Source of the DNA: Octopus bimaculoides | Lineage: Eukaryota | Assembly (NCBI RefSeq): GCF_001194135.2 | Contig: NC_068982.1 | Location: 92,869,037 to 92,925,682, forward strand | DNA length: 56,646 bases | Direction: 5' to 3' | In this document: one piece after another, positions 51,518 to 56,646 of the stretch | Layout of the letters: each line of letters starts with the position of its first letter | Numbering within the stretch: position 1 is the stretch's first letter | Notes under the pieces: model-generated | Seen by the model: only the letters and a program-made list of their open reading frames with translations | Told to the model about the DNA's origin: nothing | Databases searched by the model: none | Made by a program: the position numbers and the translations under genes

Positions 51518-53279
51518 GTTTGGTGACAATATTTTGATGTTTTTGAAGTGTACGATTCCAACGTCTTATAATGACGATATGTTGTATGGGTTATCTGTAC
51601 AGGTGTGCCAGTAACAGGAGTATTTACGCAATGGTATTTTGCAACACCAGTATTTTATGATACTGTCATGTCTGTGATATAAATCTATAGCTGTGTAATA
51701 CTAAAGCATGTTATGATACTGAGAGGCTTTCGACAATGTTGGATGATATTTTAATATCAGTAATCTAAATAGAGTATATTATGACATCAGTGTATTATTT
51801 CATTTGATGGTTTACATTTCAGTACTTCCTACTATGCTATATGTCTCATCAATTTTAGAAAAGGAAATATGATTTTTATATAGACTATATCTTTGGTTCA
51901 AATGAATTATATATAACGAATTTTGTAATTACCAATTCAGTTGTATCATTTATTGATCAGGTATCCGAGCAATAGTGTATAAACTTGTAAATTGTATAAA
52001 TATATTTTTTTAGACGAAGAACAAGGTCCGATTGTAGAGAACTTAGTCATAATACCGTTATAGAAATGGACCTAAATGTATTACTGGTACATTGCAATAT
52101 ACTTTACAAATAAATTGTATATCACAAATATATTACTAGTAAATCTATTATCAATTCAGAGACAAAGAGCACAATCCGATCCCCTGGGATTTGACGTGCA
52201 AAATTGAAAGCTGGAATTTAGTCCAATTTAGTCCATTTTAAAGTCCAATTCAATCTGCACTGTGCCCTTAAAACATACAAGCAGTGCACGCGAGCGAACA
52301 CACACACACTCGCAGCTGATACGTGTTGCTTTTCTTAAAGCACAAAGTGAAATTCATGTAGAAGAATATCGTTGAAATCAACCTGTTGTTACTTGTTTTC
52401 TCACTCAACATTACATACTTTTATTCAACTAAATTCATTGGCGTTCAATTCAATTTGATACCACTATATACGAGTAAAAATACAAGTGTTCTAACTACAT
52501 ATTCTAAAATTGGAAGGATGCAAAAATTAATAGAGTGCCTGGTGTAAAATTATGTGTAAATTCTTAAACTGTCATTTTACATTTCTTAGGGCCAAAAATG
52601 GCGCTTCTACTCATTCACTCGACCTGCTAGAAATAGCACTCAAATCTCACTTAAATTAACCACCTGCCTCTCAAAAGAGGGAGGTCTTGTTGAATAATGA
52701 TTTAAATTTTCTTGCAAAGAATATTTCAAATAAATGCATAGATGATATATAGTTTTGATTTTGGATAATTACCCAAAGCATTCACATATAAAACTGGTGT
52801 TTATTCTTTAATATAATTATCCTAACCAAGGAATTACTCAGAGAAAATATTTTAGAGAGGTGGTTTAATGAGAAAGACCATTGACGCTCTGTAAGTGTAG
52901 TACATGACAAATAATACTATTGCTATGTTACAAACAACGCTGATGGCTTGAAACAAGTTCGGAGCTAGGTGTAGAGCAACTATTTCAAGAAATCTAGATT
53001 ACTTTATGAAAACGTGCTGCATTTTTACACAGAAATCAGTCACGCATATAAAATAAAATTTTATGAACGGATAAGAAACGATTGTATTTTACAAATCTTG
53101 GTTCAGACAAAGAACTTGTTCAGCCAATGATTGTTAATAACTACACTCCTCATGTTAAAGAAATGAATGGGATGACAAAATTCGAGATAAATCAAGCAAA
53201 AATATGAAGCCAGAACCGAAATTAAAATATTCTGAGGAAGAGAGAAAGCAGGACAAAGGAAGACTAAATAAAAATTCTT

Positions 53280-53492
53280 TTTTCTACTCTAGGTACAAGG
53301 TCTGAAATTTTGGGGGAGGGTGCCACTCAATTAGATCGACCCCAGTACGTAACTGGTACTTAATTTATCGACTTCATAAAGATGAAAGGCAAAGTCGATC
53401 TCGACGGAATTTGGACTCAGAACATAAAGACAGACGAAATACCACAAAGCATTTCACCCGGCGTGCTAACGTTTCTGCCAGCTCGCCGCCTT
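53280..53492 (-). mobile_element. SINE family B
   Basis: Homologous to the other copies; AAGACTAAA occurs on both flanks. Confidence 0.85.
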
Positions 53493-53620
53493 AAAGACTA
53501 AAAAATATTGCAAGAGTTTTGAAAACATAATTAACAGTCTATTTAGATAGGACCAAGTTAATCAATATTCTAAGTGATCGAATTATTTTGTGCCGGAGGT
53601 GAAATAGATAATTTCATTAA

Positions 53621-53655
<35 letters not shown>

Positions 53656-53941
53656 TAATTTATGTATATATGTGTGTATATTTATATAAATATCATATGA
53701 TAATTGAATCTAATATATTATCAAATGAAAGCAGACATCCAGACATTTTAAATATAAATTAAGAATTTTTAATTAAATTTACGGTTAGTTTAACTAAGAC
53801 TGAACTCATGCTTACATTTTAAATTCAGTAAAAACTTTTTAAAATTTACTTTGCATTTTAATAAAGCGTATAAATTTTTAATAAAGCATATAAATGATAC
53901 AATTTATAAGATAAAGATCTAAAAACTATATGAGACTATAT

Positions 53942-54142
53942 TCTCTTCTAGGCACAAGGCCCGAAAGTTTTGGGGAAGGGGTCAGTCGATTAGATCGACC
54001 CCAGTACGCAACTGGTACTTAATTTATCGACCCCGAAGGCAAAGTCGACCTCGGCGGAATTTGAACTCAGAACGTAAAGACAGACGAAATACCGCTAAGC
54101 ATATCTGTCGGCGTGCTAACGTTTCTGCCAGCTCGCCGCCTT
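53942..54142 (-). mobile_element. SINE family B
   Basis: Homologous to the other copies; imperfect TSD TATATG(G)AGACT. Confidence 0.85.
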
Positions 54143-54717
54143 ATATATGGAGACTGTATTAAACAGCGGCAGATGTGGAATGATAAAATGGGATGTATAT
54201 TCTGTTGGTGTGACGTAGTCTCGAAACCATTACATCAAAACGTCAACGAAGACACATGGTTCAATTTCCTTTCCTTTCTATATGCATGCTGTATAACTGC
54301 ACACTTTGTTTGAAATGTAAACATTTACATAATTTTCAATCAATAAAAAGCTAGCGCTTAGTATACACAGGCGAGTGTAGTGGCGGAGGAAGGATTGTGG
54401 ACACTCCCGGGGAAAACGTACTTTTGAAAATACCCAATTTAATTAACATGCATGAAAAGCTAGAAAACATTTTATGACCCTTCATATACTTATGCTCGGA
54501 GTGACTGCTCTCTCATTCCCTCTTGTTGCACCTCTGGTAGAGAGCACAACATATAACTATAATATCAAAACATTACTTTTCAAATATTTTGAAACCATGT
54601 GCAAATTCTAGGTTATTCAGTAACATGCCATATTGAAATTCCAAAGGGGATATTCGAGTTACTCAATTGAAACTCCAGCTTTGATTAAATCTTACATGTA
54701 TATCTGTATATTATATC

Positions 54718-54736
54718 TCTTCTTCTTCTTCTTCTT

Positions 54737-54788
<52 letters not shown>

Positions 54789-54798
54789 ACACACACAC

Positions 54799-54828
<30 letters not shown>
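54718..54828. repeat. Compound (CTT)n(CTA)n(CA)n(TACA)n microsatellite
   Basis: Visible run. Confidence 0.95.
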
Positions 54829-54829
<1 letters not shown>

Positions 54830-54939
54830 TGGTATTCCATAAACAACCTTGCCCAGACTTGTACCTCGGAGGGGAACTTTGTAGGTGCAATCCTATGGTC
54901 ATTCGTGACGAAGGGGATCCTTTACACACACACACACAT

Positions 54940-55297
54940 TTTCACTTATTTCAGTCATTTGACTGCGGTCATGTTGGAGTACCGCCTTGAAGGGTTTTAT
55001 TCGAACAAATCAACCTCGGGGCTTAGTACTCATTCTATCGACCACTTTTGCAGAACCGCTAAGTTATGGGGACGTAAGCACACCAACACCGGTTGTCAAG
55101 CGGTGATGAAGGACAAAAACAGACACAAAGATACATAGACGTGCGCGCATACACGACGGTTTCTTTCAGTTTCAATCTACCGAATCTACTCACAGTGTTT
55201 TGGTCGGCCCGAGGCTATAGTAGAAGACACTTGCCACTCAGTGGAACTGAACCCGGTACTATGTGGTTAGGAAGCAAGCTTCTTATCACACAGCCAC
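54940..55297 (-). mobile_element. SINE family A
   Basis: Homologous to 362-782 and 51130-51517. Confidence 0.8.
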
Positions 55298-56122
55298 AAC
55301 ACATACACATATTATATGCACGCACGCACGCACACGCACACACGCACGCATACACACACACACACACACACACACACATGCATACACATAATTAATTTAA
55401 ATTACGTACGTAATGATAAGAAAATATTAACTTTAATGATAAATTCTTAAGATTGACAAGGAAGACAAATCCAAAATCCAAACCAATTAAAGATTGAATA
55501 GCTGCATATAGAGGGGAGTGAGTCCGGGTCGTTAGTAAATACGGTGAGTACTGTGGACGTGTTTCAGTCTAATTAGATCTTTTCCGCAAATCTAAGCCCT
55601 ACTCTCAATAATCTTCTTGAAAATAGAAGCACATATTTGTTTTTAAATCCTACATGTCAGAACAGCTTACCCACAATAAAGATGGGTAATTTATGATATT
55701 AAGGTCGAAATGAATTGTGACGTTTACTCTCGTTTGTTGTAGATCTGAGAGCAGCTGACGATAGCAATTTAATATCAGCACAATCACAAAAAGAAAAACT
55801 TAAGACAAAACAAAAGAAGTTAGTCATAATGGACTGGAAACTAAATTTTAAAAAAATACTATATTCTGTCATTGTCGAAAACAATAAATTATTCTATTTC
55901 AAAGTAATGTCACGCAACCTTGTATTTAGGTAAATATAAAAATAGTCTTTATGCACACTGTTTTGCTGTAAAACGGAAAGACACATCGCATCTTTAAACT
56001 CATCAGTGGATGAGATGCTAATCATCTTTTCTTAGTACTCTTACCTATCATTTGGAAAAAATCACGAATCAAAATACACTTAAGGCTTTCATTATATATA
56101 TGTGACTCTGTGTGTGTGATTA

Positions 56123-56153
<31 letters not shown>

Positions 56154-56285
56154 GTGTGTGTGTGTTATGTTAGTCGGGTTAGAATCTAAGCAGTGTCCTC
56201 TTGAACACATCTGCTTATTTCATCATTGCAACAAATCCATATCTCTGTACGTATGTATGTGTGTGTGTGTGTGTGTGTATGTGAC

Positions 56286-56646
56286 TTGGATATGCTAAAT
56301 CACCTCCCAAAGAAAGTCAAGGAAGAAACAATCATGGTCTCATTTGACGTGATTAATTTATACACCAGTATATCTCATAATTATGGACTTGAGGCAATTC
56401 AATTCTGGCTGGATCAATTCCCGAAAGAAATCCCAAACAGGATCAGTAAAGAATTCATTACTAAATCGGTTGAATTCATCTTACGAAACAACCACTTCAT
56501 GTTTGACAATACTTTCTACCGACAAAAATCCGGAATTGCTATGGGCACTAGGGCAGCTCCAGTCATTGCGAACCTAACAATGGGTTACTTGGAAATAATA
56601 ATATACCAGGAATCTTTATCCACCTTTGGAAACACCCTTTCCCAAT
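56286..56646 (+). mobile_element. Penelope-like element RT fragment, open frame running off the window end
   Basis: MVSFDVINLYTSISHNYGLEAIQFWL...FILRNNHFMFDNTFYRQKSGIAMGTRAAPVIANLTMGYLE. Confidence 0.85.

Noticed and set aside
55540-55600. Minus-strand GAAACACGTC with a TCTA-AT-TAGA hairpin, hammerhead-like
   Set aside because: No CUGANGA core and weak stem I; too degenerate to call.
1-56646. CRISPR arrays, rRNA genes, prokaryotic operons
   Set aside because: No regularly spaced repeat-spacer array, rRNA-like sequence or bacterial gene organisation was seen; the sequence is eukaryotic.

Overview
AT-rich, microsatellite-dense eukaryotic (animal) draft-assembly sequence with N-gaps. The SINE, microsatellite and LINE content suggests a cephalopod (Octopus-like) genome; this is inference and no database search was run. 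The only well-supported host gene is a minus-strand rhodopsin-class neuropeptide GPCR of the neuromedin-U/pyrokinin/CAPA (PRXamide) receptor type. Its N-terminus-to-TM2 exon is at 26896-27284, with a candidate upstream in-frame exon; its downstream exons were not found in the window. Almost everything else is decayed mobile DNA: R4/Dong-type REL LINEs, L1/Tx1, CR1, RTE, several Penelope-like elements (PLEs), Tc1/mariner (DD37D-like and Hsmar1-like), pogo/Tigger, hAT, and at least four tRNA-derived SINE families. Three observations stand out. (1) A tRNA-headed SINE-like element ends in an intact-looking minimal hammerhead ribozyme (33334-33615), with a mutated inverted sister copy. (2) A 4-kb TA-flanked unit has two Tx1-like LINEs that end at the same position inside Tigger-type TIRs at both ends (7888-11908). 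(3) An inverted PLE pair has two degenerate 3' motifs that together reconstitute a hammerhead fold. All alignments, folds and identities were done by eye.
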